Below are positions 10,963 through 20,178 of a stretch of 51,887 nt of DNA, piece after piece. Numbering within the stretch: position 1 is the first letter of the stretch; the number at the start of each line of letters is the position of its first letter. Origin of the DNA: an uncultured Dehalococcoidia bacterium (GTDB lineage: Bacteria > Chloroflexota > Dehalococcoidia > SZUA-161 > SpSt-899); contig CAZWIP010000003.1 in the NCBI GenBank assembly GCA_964634125.1, positions 1 through 51,887 of the forward strand, written 5' to 3'. The translations under genes were made by a program, and so were the position numbers. The notes beneath the pieces are model-generated. The model did not search any database. It was not told the DNA's origin and saw nothing but the letters and a program-made list of their open reading frames with translations.

Positions 10963-11791
10963 CTTAGGTTTCCACTGCAACAGGATAGGCCATATTGAAG
11001 AAGGTGTTATAGCCAACGGTCTTACGCGGGGGGAATTCTTTAATCTCCCGCCAGAGGATTATGAAACTGTTAAAAAAGACATCCTCGATAAGCACCTGAG
11101 TATGAGTATTCACTCGCCACTGGTCAAGCTCGACTGGTATCCCAACCCCCCAACGTGGTCATTCTTGTGTGATGTGGATGAGGACAGCCGCAATCGGACT
11201 TTCAAAATGGTCTCTGAGACTCTCGCTTACGCAGAGGACATCGGAGCTGATCATATAATTGTTCATTTCCCTATTCCAAGTACAGATGGTGTCGGAGAAA
11301 GCGAATCCAAACTGGAGAGCATTGCCTGGAAAAGTTGCGATCAATTGGCAGAACTCAGCGTTAAACGCTCTGTTACGATTCACATTGAAGGTTTGGGAAA
11401 CAGCCCATATTTGAATAATGGATTCTTAACCCAGTCACTGGCTCAGTACCCTTTACGGTATTGCTTTGATACGGGTCATATGAATCTGGCTTCTAAATTT
11501 AATAAATTCGATCTATATGAATTTGCTGAGAGAATCGCTCCTTTCGTGGGATCGATACATCTTTGGAACAACCGTGGCACCGAGGATTATCTCACATACC
11601 GTCATATCGCGGTCCATCCCAGTCAAGATCCCGAAGAGGGTTGGGCCGATATTAAAAGACTGCTGGAAATCCTGAAACCTGCATATCCAATTATTTTTGA
11701 AAGTCCCCTTTCCTATCCTGAGGCACTGGGAAATAATGACTACAGAGACGGAGTTCAATGGGTGAAAGAAATCTTAGAAACATCTTTTTGA
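10937..11791 (+). CDS. Sugar phosphate isomerase/epimerase (xylose-isomerase-like TIM barrel)
   Basis: SIHSP, IIVHFP, IHIE, CFDTGH, IHL, IIFE metal-ligand pattern. Confidence 0.75.
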   Translation: MPKTKTNDNLGFHCNRIGHIEEGVIANGLTRGEFFNLPPEDYETVKKDILDKHLSMSIHSPLVKLDWYPNPPTWSFLCDVDEDSRNRTFKMVSETLAYAEDIGADHIIVHFPIPSTDGVGESESKLESIAWKSCDQLAELSVKRSVTIHIEGLGNSPYLNNGFLTQSLAQYPLRYCFDTGHMNLASKFNKFDLYEFAERIAPFVGSIHLWNNRGTEDYLTYRHIAVHPSQDPEEGWADIKRLLEILKPAYPIIFESPLSYPEALGNNDYRDGVQWVKEILETSF

Positions 11792-13422
11792 CCGGCTTCT
11801 CCTACACTGGAAAGACGCAAGTGAGCCAGATTGTCGCCAGACGCCTTGGTTGGGAGCTTATTGACACTGATGCTGAAATAGAGAAGCTGGCTGGCAAACC
11901 AATTCCAGAGATTTTCTCTCAGGATGGTGAACCACATTTCCGTCAATTGGAAACCCAGGCGCTTGCAAATGTTAGTCAAAAAAGTGAAACTGTCGTCTCC
12001 ACAGGTGGCGGTATTATCATGAAAGAAGAAAACCAGGAGATAATGAAAAAATCCGGGGCTATTATCTGTCTGGAAGCCATGCCAGAGACTATTTATAAAC
12101 GATTGATGATCGACTCAGAGAAGTCAGAAGACAAAATCGTTCGGCCTTTACTTGCCGTTGATGATCCGTTGGACCGTATAAGGACTCTCAAAGCATCTCG
12201 TCAACTCAACTATGATCAAGCCGATTGGACCGTTCGTACCGATCAACTCACACTGGAAGAGGTTGCCGGCGAATTGATACGGGGATGGGACTATCTTAGT
12301 CGAAGTCAGAAGCGTTCCATATCGGATACAGAAACTGCCTGCATAGTTACCACCGCCACTGAGAGCTACCCGATACTTGTCGGTTGGGGACTGCTCGATT
12401 CCCTGGGGCAAAAAATGAGTAATCTGGGACTTGAAGGCGAGGCATATATAATCAGCGATGATCAGGTCTACCCTCACTATGGAAATAGAACCAAAGCCTC
12501 CCTCGAAAAAGCGGGGTTCACTGTTGATTCCCTCGTTGTTCCACACGGAGAAACTAGTAAATCTTTGGCAGTGGCTATGCGGATTTATGATTTTCTTGTC
12601 CTGCATCGGGCAGAGCGGTCACACATTATAATTGCACTTGGAGGGGGCGTGATTGGAGACCTTGCCGGATTTGTAGCTGCAACCTTCTTGCGAGGTATTC
12701 CCATCGTTCAGGTTCCAACCAGCCTTATGGCAATGGTAGATTCCTCAATCGGTGGTAAGGTAGCCGTCAACCACCCTGAAGCGAAAAACCTTATTGGGGC
12801 ATTCTATCAACCTCGACTGGTTCTCTCCGACGTTGGAGTGCTTTCCACTCTTTTAGAGAGGGAGTTCACATCCGGTTGGGCGGAAGTCATCAAGCACGGA
12901 CTCATACGAGATGCTGACTATTTCAGCTTTCTTGAACAGAATGTGGACAAACTGGTGAATTTAGATAAGGAAGCTACAACCGAAGCCATTAGACGTAGCG
13001 CCATCATCAAAGCCAATGTTGTGAGCGAGGATGAAAAAGAAGCAGGTCTTCGCACGATACTTAATTACGGGCATACCATTGCCCATGGATTGGAAACGGC
13101 TACAACCTATCAGCAAATGCTCCACGGTGAGGCGGTGGCGATTGGCATGATGGGCGCTGCCCGGATCGCGGAGAGAATAGACCTTCTCAACAGCGACACT
13201 GTTCAACGGCAGGGAGCATTGTTGCATAAATTTGGTCTTCCGGTAGCATATCCGGGAGCCGACTCTCACTCTATCTTGAGAGCTATAGAACTGGATAAGA
13301 AAGTCCAGGAGAAAGCAGTTCGATGGGTATTGCTCAGTGAAATCGGAAAGACAACAATCAGGAAAGACATATCCTCCAACTTGGTAAGCGAAGTGGTTGA
13401 AGAATTAGTGAAACCAAACTGA
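11758..13422 (+). CDS. aroKB: Bifunctional shikimate kinase / 3-dehydroquinate synthase
   Basis: N-terminal GFSYTGKT, DTD, STGGG, RPLL; C-terminal ALGGGVIGDLAGF, VDSSIGGK, LNYGHT, HGEAVA. Confidence 0.95.
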   Translation: MGERNLRNIFLTGFSYTGKTQVSQIVARRLGWELIDTDAEIEKLAGKPIPEIFSQDGEPHFRQLETQALANVSQKSETVVSTGGGIIMKEENQEIMKKSGAIICLEAMPETIYKRLMIDSEKSEDKIVRPLLAVDDPLDRIRTLKASRQLNYDQADWTVRTDQLTLEEVAGELIRGWDYLSRSQKRSISDTETACIVTTATESYPILVGWGLLDSLGQKMSNLGLEGEAYIISDDQVYPHYGNRTKASLEKAGFTVDSLVVPHGETSKSLAVAMRIYDFLVLHRAERSHIIIALGGGVIGDLAGFVAATFLRGIPIVQVPTSLMAMVDSSIGGKVAVNHPEAKNLIGAFYQPRLVLSDVGVLSTLLEREFTSGWAEVIKHGLIRDADYFSFLEQNVDKLVNLDKEATTEAIRRSAIIKANVVSEDEKEAGLRTILNYGHTIAHGLETATTYQQMLHGEAVAIGMMGAARIAERIDLLNSDTVQRQGALLHKFGLPVAYPGADSHSILRAIELDKKVQEKAVRWVLLSEIGKTTIRKDISSNLVSEVVEELVKPN

Positions 13423-13430
13423 GATTGTTT

Positions 13431-13778
13431 ATGCCAAGACACGGACTTCTAATCGATTACGAATTCTGCACCGGTTGTCATACCTGTGAGATTGCTTGCA
13501 AGGAAGAACATGACTTGCCTGTGGGCCAGTGGGGAATCAAGATCAACCAATCGGGTCCGATGCAGTATGCTGAGGATAAGTGGACCTATGACTATATCCC
13601 AGTACCGACTGACCTTTGTGATTTATGTAGAGACCGGGTTGCCGGGGGGCTTCAGCCGGCTTGCGTTAAGCACTGTCAGGCTGGGGTCATGAAATACGGT
13701 ACTATCAAAGAACTGTCGGAATATATGGAACTTAAATCAAAAACGGTTCTATTTGCCCCTGGGGTCGATAACAGATGA
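13431..13778 (+). CDS. 4Fe-4S ferredoxin subunit (short DmsB-like) of a molybdopterin oxidoreductase
   Basis: LLIDYEFCTGCHTCEIACK and CDLC..R..G..PACVKHC. Confidence 0.88.
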   Translation: MPRHGLLIDYEFCTGCHTCEIACKEEHDLPVGQWGIKINQSGPMQYAEDKWTYDYIPVPTDLCDLCRDRVAGGLQPACVKHCQAGVMKYGTIKELSEYMELKSKTVLFAPGVDNR

Positions 13779-13945
13779 TAACGAAAATTTCTTGCCGATT
13801 TTGTGCCAGCAGATGCGGCATGCTGATTCATCGAGATGATGGAAGGATTAGGCGAATCTCAGGCGATCCTGATCATCCGGTGAGTCGAGGTTGGTCATGT
13901 GCTCGTGGAAGAGCGGCTACAGTCAAGTATCAGAATGGTAAATAG
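13775..13945 (+). pseudogene. Truncated molybdopterin oxidoreductase catalytic subunit (Fe4S4 domain only, 56 aa)
   Basis: Hand translation MITKISCRFCASRCGMLIHRDDGRIRRISGDPDHPVSRGWSCARGRAATVKYQNGK*; CxxCxxxC...GDPDHP..C motif; ATGA overlap with the upstream ferredoxin. Confidence 0.85.
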
Positions 13946-13992
13946 TGGATAAACTTCACCAATTACAGCTATATATCAAAAGCCTCTATTGA

Positions 13993-14445
13993 CTAAACTC
14001 TGGCTGGTAATCCCCGTCTTGTCAAACCTGTAAATCCATCCGAAGTATCGTCATACCTGCGAACCAGGCTTTTTATTCGAGCAACCAATTCGCGGGATCC
14101 AAAGGGTTTGTGTAAATAGCAATCAACTCCGTACGCAGCCGCCTTGGCCCAGGCTATTTCGCTATTACTATTGCCCAACACTATAATGGGCACATTGGAT
14201 CTTTGACGTATTTGGGAACTAACTTCCCATCCACCATTTCCGGCCTTTTCCTCAACAATAATCGCATTCGGCAAAGCATCATCGATCTTCCTGATATTAG
14301 CATTTCGAGCCATCGTCGTCTCAATGCCCGCTTCTTCCAAAAGTGATGCGAGTTCCTTCGAAGAGATTTCATCGTCACCAATGACCACTACCTTAGGATC
14401 TGGTTGTACTTCAACTTCTGTTTCAACAGATTTTTCGAGTTTCAT
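13993..14445 (-). CDS. Stand-alone atypical receiver domain (pseudo-receiver)
   Basis: Aligns by eye with the neighbouring OmpR receiver (VPIIVL, DCYLHKPF..ELVARIKSLVRR); Glu at the phospho-Asp position; no output domain; AGGAG SD. Confidence 0.8.
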   Translation of the reverse strand: MKLEKSVETEVEVQPDPKVVVIGDDEISSKELASLLEEAGIETTMARNANIRKIDDALPNAIIVEEKAGNGGWEVSSQIRQRSNVPIIVLGNSNSEIAWAKAAAYGVDCYLHKPFGSRELVARIKSLVRRYDDTSDGFTGLTRRGLPARV

Positions 14446-14623
14446 TATAGCATTCTCCTTGCCTGAGCGGCTTTCTATACTATTGTTCCAGTTTGGTCTT
14501 GGCGATTTGCATAATAACGTTCAAGCAATCACAAGATGAATGATGCTGACATCTTTGCCGTTTTCTGGTACTTTTATCCTATTACACGAAAGTAAAAGTC
14601 CCAGTAAACGAATGTCAAGAGAT

Positions 14624-14651
14624 AGTTAAGCGAAGGTAAATGTTTGGTAAC
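14624..14651 (-). promoter_or_regulatory. Putative 11-bp-periodic regulator box upstream of the pseudo-receiver gene
   Basis: AGTTAA(14624), GGTAAA(14635), GGTAAC(14646), spaced 11 bp apart and next to a minus-strand TTGACA (14613-14618). Confidence 0.45.
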
Positions 14652-14779
14652 ATTTTTCCACTGCAACTGTAATAAAGGTAGTGGCACAAACCTAGGAAAC
14701 AGATGAAAGGCAACTTGAAAATGCTATTCAACAATGATGCAAATCACAGTAACACGAAGTACGTAAATCCCGTTGAAAC

Positions 14780-14814
14780 AAAAAAAGGGGGCCATGGTAA
14801 ACCATGAACCCCCT
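14780..14814 (-). terminator. Intrinsic terminator after the response regulator
   Basis: Minus strand AGGGGGTTCATGGT-TT-ACCATGGCCCCCT followed by a T-run. Confidence 0.8.
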
Positions 14815-14836
14815 ACCAGCCAGTTTTGTAGACAAA

Positions 14837-15523
14837 TTACTTTAATAATTTATAGCCCACACCTCTTTCAGATAAGATGATCTTTGAATTCTGAGGGTCA
14901 TCCATAAGTTTGACTCTCAGACGTTGAATGTATACTTTCAGGTAATCAGTGGAATCAACGTAATCAGCTCCCCATACTTTCTCCAAAAGAACCCGGTGCT
15001 GTATCACTCTCCCCGCATTTCTCGCCAGGAAATGGAGCAAGCTGTATTCCGTAGGGGTCAGTTTGACCTCTGTTCCATCTACCCTAACCTCATGAGAAGC
15101 AAAATCTATCCGAAGTTTTCCAACAGTCAAAGGTTCTTCCTCTTCTTCGAGCTGCGGCATTGTTGAACGGCGTAATACCGCTTTTATACGTGCCAGCAGT
15201 TCAACATGGCTAAAAGGCTTTGCGATGTAATCATCAGCTCCTAGTTCTAACCCTTTTACCTTATCGAACTCCTGATCTTTCACTGTGAGTATAATGATGG
15301 GCACATCGGAGAAAAGGCGTATTCTTCTGCAAACTTCGAAGCCGTCGATATCAGGTAATCCGACATCTAAAATAACAATATCGGGGGATTCCTTTTCGAT
15401 TAAATCAAGACCGTTAATACCCTCATTAGCAGAGACAACCTCAACATCAGGCCAGCGAAGATCGAAACATAGCGAAACTGCTTCAACAATCTCCGGATCG
15501 TCTTCTATTATCACTACTTTCAT
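14837..15523 (-). CDS. OmpR/PhoB-family response regulator
   Basis: IEDD, ILDVGLPDIDG, GADDYIAKPF, LTPTEYSLL, YLKVYIQRLR, RGVGY. Confidence 0.96.
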   Translation of the reverse strand: MKVVIIEDDPEIVEAVSLCFDLRWPDVEVVSANEGINGLDLIEKESPDIVILDVGLPDIDGFEVCRRIRLFSDVPIIILTVKDQEFDKVKGLELGADDYIAKPFSHVELLARIKAVLRRSTMPQLEEEEEPLTVGKLRIDFASHEVRVDGTEVKLTPTEYSLLHFLARNAGRVIQHRVLLEKVWGADYVDSTDYLKVYIQRLRVKLMDDPQNSKIILSERGVGYKLLK

Positions 15524-15593
15524 AACTCCCCCTTTCGCACTATTCTACAATAAACCATCAAGTTTGTGTAGCATATCAATAAAGCAAGTAATT

Positions 15594-18197
15594 CTACAGT
15601 AAAGGCAGTATCATTTTGAATGTACTTCCCTTTTTGGAATTGCCGGAAACCTGAATGGTGCCACCATGCAACCTCACCAATTGCCTAACCGTCGCAAGCC
15701 CAACTCCCATACCTTTAACACCGCTTCTACTAATTTGACCCCTATAAAAAGGTTCAAATATCAGTTCCTGTTCCTCTTCAGGAACACCTGGCCCTGAATC
15801 CTTTACTTCCAATACAATGGTGTTGCCTTCAACCCGGATTGTCAACTTGATTTCTCCGCCTCCAGGAGTGAATTTGTTAGCGTTTCCAAGTAAATTCGTT
15901 ACTATGAGTTCGAAACTGTCCGGATCGGCCATAGAGGGTGGGCATGATTCGGGAATATTTATTTTAAGCACTTGTCGTTTTTTCTCTATTGGAGGAGAGC
16001 AGAGATCGATTGCATTCTTCACCGAAGGGATAATATCCATAGGCCGTAGATTTGTCTCAAGAAACGTACTCTGAGCCTGTACCATGCTCAACATGTGATT
16101 AAGCATCGCCTCCAGTCGATCGGCACCCCGTCTGATATTGCCGATTAGCCGTTTTCGTGAAGCTTGCCTGTCCTTCGCCAGTTCCTCGCTGAGTAATTCG
16201 CTGGAAGATTTGATTGAAGTCAGTGGCGTCTTTAACTCATGAGATATGATGCCAAGAAAATCATCCCGCTGGTTATTCATCGCTTCCAGCCTGGCACGTT
16301 CGCTCTGCTCTTTTGAGTACAAACGGGCATTTTCGGTGGCTAGAGAAATCTGGTTAGTGACCTGTTCAAGAAACTCCACATCACTTTTGGTATAAGCGCT
16401 GACCTTTGAACTTCCTAAAATAAAAGAACCAAAAACGTCCCCCTTAGAAAACAGAGGTAAGTAAACCATCGATTTTATCCCCTGCTCAAGATGAACACCC
16501 CCAGTCCAGAAACGCCTGTTCTGTGCCAAATTGGATTCCACAAGAACCTTTTTCTTAACAGCTACCCACTCGGCGCCAGTTCCTGCAAGAGGAATCGTAG
16601 TTCCAGGTTGTCCCCAGGACGAATCTATTGCTGTTGATAAAGCAAAGAATCTCAATTCATCATCTTCCATAAGCACGATACTTGCCCAATCAACAGATAC
16701 GGTTTTTTTCAATTCTTCTGCGAAAACAGAGTATATCGACTGGATATCCAAACTTGAACTGACGGTTTTATTCAGTGTACTGAGCGCCGTTAGTTTAGCT
16801 TCTCTTTCGAGACTCGCTTGATATAGCTGGATATTCTCCAAAGTTAGGCCCATTTGTCCGGCAACAACCATGAGCAACCTCTCATCTTCCCAAGAATAGG
16901 GACGACTATCAAGCTTGGGGCCGACAACAAGCAGACCAACCAGTCGATCACCGGTACTGAGCGGGACGTACAAATCCCCTCGCATATCAGCAAAAGTCTT
17001 TTTTTCCTGCTTTGTGAGTGCTTGCATCTCAATTTCAATCTGTAGATCATCTCGCCGCTGAAGTTGCCTATGGGACTCCATCCATTTGATAATCGCGTTA
17101 TCACTACTTAGAACAAAACGCTCATCAGAAACAACATAACCTGCACATGCTACCATCGCATAATCACCCGAGAAATGATCGGGCAATAACAAATAGATGT
17201 GTGAGGACTCCATCGCCTGATTGATAAGCTGCGGAAAAGACGTTTCTATGTTCGAGGGATCACTTATACTCTGAGCCTCCTCGCGGAGACGTTCCAAAGC
17301 TTTGAAGTGCTCATATCTACCTCGGTAGAACCATTTGTTTGTCGAATATTTAACTTTTCCCCATATTTGCTGCACTCCAGTCACAATCAAAAACACAAAG
17401 AGTACATGCAACCACAATGGCTCCTCATCAATTCCGCCCCACCATCGATACACTGCGAAATACAAACCAGCGTATATACCCCCCACCAGAATAAGCATTA
17501 CGAGATAAGGTGTGACCCTGTGGGTAGCCAGTTGGACATCAAAGAGGTTATATCTAAGAACAGCAATACTCGTAAGAAGAATAAAAATGAGATTTGCCAC
17601 GATCGTCCCAGGATAAATATCTGCACCCATTAGAGGAGACAAATCAATCAAGCCCCCTACCAAGACAGCCGAGCCACCAATAACGAAATACAGCAAACGA
17701 TTTCTTTCGGCGTAGGAAGTTGAGGCCACTCGCACTGCATTCATTTGGTATGCAGCCAAAAGCACAAATACATAAATAGGGATAACGAATAACAGAAACA
17801 GAACACCCCACACCGGAGCATTTCCATAGGATTCCTCCTTCATGCCCTCGACCAACAATTCGGTTGGAGAAATAGCAATGATTGCCACCAAATATAGGTA
17901 AGCCCCAAGTAATCGGCGTGACCAATCCTTAGTTCTTGTATACCGGATAGCAAAGTGATAGAAGAATACCCATGTAGAAGCAATGAAGATAATCTCTGCC
18001 CTTTCCCACCAGACGGCCTGATCCAAATCGTTACTCAAACGTACTCCGAGTAGAGTCACCCCCCACAGGACCATACTGAGCAGGAAAAGTGCAAAGAGTC
18101 TGTTTTTTGTGTCATCCCAGCCTTTCCATATAATAAGAAATATCAAAACAGACGCAAGACACGCCTGTAAAAGAGGTAAAACTTCGTGAACTGTCAT
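15594..18197 (-). CDS. Sensor histidine kinase (multi-TM N-terminus, two GAF domains, HisKA, HATPase)
   Basis: Polytopic hydrophobic N-terminus; two GAF-like segments; SHELKTPLTSI, NLLGNANKF, DSGPG, GMGVGL. Confidence 0.93.
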   Translation of the reverse strand: MTVHEVLPLLQACLASVLIFLIIWKGWDDTKNRLFALFLLSMVLWGVTLLGVRLSNDLDQAVWWERAEIIFIASTWVFFYHFAIRYTRTKDWSRRLLGAYLYLVAIIAISPTELLVEGMKEESYGNAPVWGVLFLLFVIPIYVFVLLAAYQMNAVRVASTSYAERNRLLYFVIGGSAVLVGGLIDLSPLMGADIYPGTIVANLIFILLTSIAVLRYNLFDVQLATHRVTPYLVMLILVGGIYAGLYFAVYRWWGGIDEEPLWLHVLFVFLIVTGVQQIWGKVKYSTNKWFYRGRYEHFKALERLREEAQSISDPSNIETSFPQLINQAMESSHIYLLLPDHFSGDYAMVACAGYVVSDERFVLSSDNAIIKWMESHRQLQRRDDLQIEIEMQALTKQEKKTFADMRGDLYVPLSTGDRLVGLLVVGPKLDSRPYSWEDERLLMVVAGQMGLTLENIQLYQASLEREAKLTALSTLNKTVSSSLDIQSIYSVFAEELKKTVSVDWASIVLMEDDELRFFALSTAIDSSWGQPGTTIPLAGTGAEWVAVKKKVLVESNLAQNRRFWTGGVHLEQGIKSMVYLPLFSKGDVFGSFILGSSKVSAYTKSDVEFLEQVTNQISLATENARLYSKEQSERARLEAMNNQRDDFLGIISHELKTPLTSIKSSSELLSEELAKDRQASRKRLIGNIRRGADRLEAMLNHMLSMVQAQSTFLETNLRPMDIIPSVKNAIDLCSPPIEKKRQVLKINIPESCPPSMADPDSFELIVTNLLGNANKFTPGGGEIKLTIRVEGNTIVLEVKDSGPGVPEEEQELIFEPFYRGQISRSGVKGMGVGLATVRQLVRLHGGTIQVSGNSKKGSTFKMILPLL

Positions 18198-18307
18198 TGT
18201 GTTTTTTCGATTCCTTTTATCTTTAAGAACAGTTAATTGATTTCATATCAAAGATCACAACATTCAAACTGTGGTTGTGTGGCCCATCACACCTTTCCGT
18301 TCTCCAT

Positions 18308-18354
18308 TATTTGGTAAATATTTGGTAAATATTTGGTAAATATTTGGTAAATAT
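18308..18354. repeat. Perfect tandem repeat (TATTTGGTAAA)x4 + TAT
   Basis: Units at 18308, 18319, 18330 and 18341. Confidence 0.97.
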
Positions 18355-18366
18355 CGTATGTGGACA

Positions 18367-18395
18367 ATATTACTATAAACTGGAATATTTGTCAA
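18367..18395 (-). promoter_or_regulatory. Putative promoter for the kinase-regulator operon
   Basis: Minus strand TTGACA, 17 nt, TAATAT. Confidence 0.6.
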
Positions 18396-18637
18396 AGTCT
18401 GTTACGGCAAGAAACCCACAACAATGACCTGTGCCTGAGTAAGCATGTGGAGTCCGCAGCCAATTTGGAAGACATCAAAAACTATCGCATACCACAATGA
18501 GACTTAGTTATGACCATATTATAAACAGATGCGCCCTGATATGCCTACATCTGTACGATGCGTCTTGCTTTTAATAGGGAAATGCGCATAAAATGAAATC
18601 ACGACACTAAATTCATCCTATATCCTGGGGACCAGAA

Positions 18638-20134
18638 ATGAAGATACTTCTCGTTTATCCTCAATATCCAGACACTTTTTGGAGTTTCAAGCATGCTCTG
18701 AAGTTTATCTCCAAAAAAGCGGCATTCCCTCCGTTGGGATTGCTGACCATCGCTGCCATGCTCCCGCAAGAATGGGAGAAAAAGGTAGTCGATATGAACG
18801 TTTCAAAACTCAAGGATAAACATATCAAATGGGCCGATTATGTTTTCATCAGCGCTATGATAACACAGAAGGAATCGGTAAAAGAGGTTGTCGAGCGTTG
18901 CAATAATCTCGGCACCAAGGTTGTTGCCGGGGGTCCGGTTTTCACCACCGGATATGAGGAGTTTGACGGGATTGACCACTTCGTGCTGGGAGAAGCAGAA
19001 GCTGTACTACCACTCTTTCTGGAAGATCTTCAGAACGGATGTGCAAAGCCTATCTACGAATCCGATGAGCGTCCTGATATTTCAAAAACGCCCATCCCTC
19101 TGTGGAATCTCATCAAACACAAACACTACGCCTCTTTGCCCATCCAATACTCCCGTGGTTGCCCTTGTGATTGTGAGTTCTGTGACATCATCATCATGAA
19201 CGGGCGAGTACCGCGCACTAAAACCACGAGTCAGCTCTTGCGAGAGGTTCATGCCATCTACAGAACCGGATTCCGAGGATCTGTCTTCATCGTTGATGAT
19301 AATTTCATCGGTAACAAGGCAAAAGTAAAAGCCATGTTACCAAAATTAATCAGATGGCAAACCAAGGCAAAGAATCCGTTTGACTTGTTTACCGAAGCAT
19401 CTCTCAATTTAGCGGACGATGATGAGTTGATGGACCTGATGGTCGAGGCCGGATTCGATAAAGTCTTCGTCGGACTGGAGACACCCGCAGAGGAAAGCCT
19501 TGCCGAATGTAACAAATTCCAGAACGAAAACCGCGATATGGTCGCTGCGGTAAAGACCATCCAGAATCACGGGATGGAAGTTCTCGGAGGCTTCATTGTC
19601 GGTTTTGATAGCGACCCAGATTCAATATTCGATAGCCAGATAAACTTCATCCAAAACATTGGTGTGGCCACTGCCATGGTAGGAATCCTTACGGCCCTTC
19701 CAAAAACCAGGCTCTACAATCGATTAAAGCAAGAAGGTCGCCTGCTGAAGAGCAGTTCAGGTAATAATACCGATGCCTCAATCAACTTTATCCCCAAAAT
19801 GGATACGGAAGTCATTATCAAGGGGTACCAGAGAATACTCCAGACGATATATTCCCCTAAAACCTATTATGAGAGGATCAATACTTTTCTTGCAGAATAT
19901 AAGCCTTCCACAAAAAAACGCAGGAAAGTCAGGTTAATGCAAATCAGGGGATTGCTGCATTCAGTTTGGTATCAGGGGATTATAGGTAAAAAGAGGCGAT
20001 ACTACTGGAGATTTATGACCAGAGCTTTCATCAAGCATCGCCGGGCATTTCCTGAGGCTGTGACCCTGGCTGTCTATGGGCATCACTTCAGAAAAATCGT
20101 CGAATCGGTTAATAAAGTGCCCGTTGCCAAATAA
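18638..20134 (+). CDS. B12-binding radical SAM protein (DUF4070-type)
   Basis: PPLGLLTIAAMLP, SRGCPCDCEFC, DDNFIGN, GFIVGFDSD. Confidence 0.93.
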   Translation: MKILLVYPQYPDTFWSFKHALKFISKKAAFPPLGLLTIAAMLPQEWEKKVVDMNVSKLKDKHIKWADYVFISAMITQKESVKEVVERCNNLGTKVVAGGPVFTTGYEEFDGIDHFVLGEAEAVLPLFLEDLQNGCAKPIYESDERPDISKTPIPLWNLIKHKHYASLPIQYSRGCPCDCEFCDIIIMNGRVPRTKTTSQLLREVHAIYRTGFRGSVFIVDDNFIGNKAKVKAMLPKLIRWQTKAKNPFDLFTEASLNLADDDELMDLMVEAGFDKVFVGLETPAEESLAECNKFQNENRDMVAAVKTIQNHGMEVLGGFIVGFDSDPDSIFDSQINFIQNIGVATAMVGILTALPKTRLYNRLKQEGRLLKSSSGNNTDASINFIPKMDTEVIIKGYQRILQTIYSPKTYYERINTFLAEYKPSTKKRRKVRLMQIRGLLHSVWYQGIIGKKRRYYWRFMTRAFIKHRRAFPEAVTLAVYGHHFRKIVESVNKVPVAK

Positions 20135-20178
20135 TCGATCATTACAGCGCTATGATGATCACGCACTGATCTCCGTTT

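Noticed and set aside
13935-13954. Third copy of the 11-bp box (TGGTAAATAGTGGATAAAC)
   Set aside because: Lies between convergent gene ends and is a weak match, so likely chance
18308-18354. CRISPR array interpretation of the tandem repeat
   Set aside because: The 11-bp units are directly abutted with no spacers, and there are no cas genes
18400-18637. Cobalamin riboswitch upstream of the B12 radical SAM gene
   Set aside because: No B12-box or conserved core recognised
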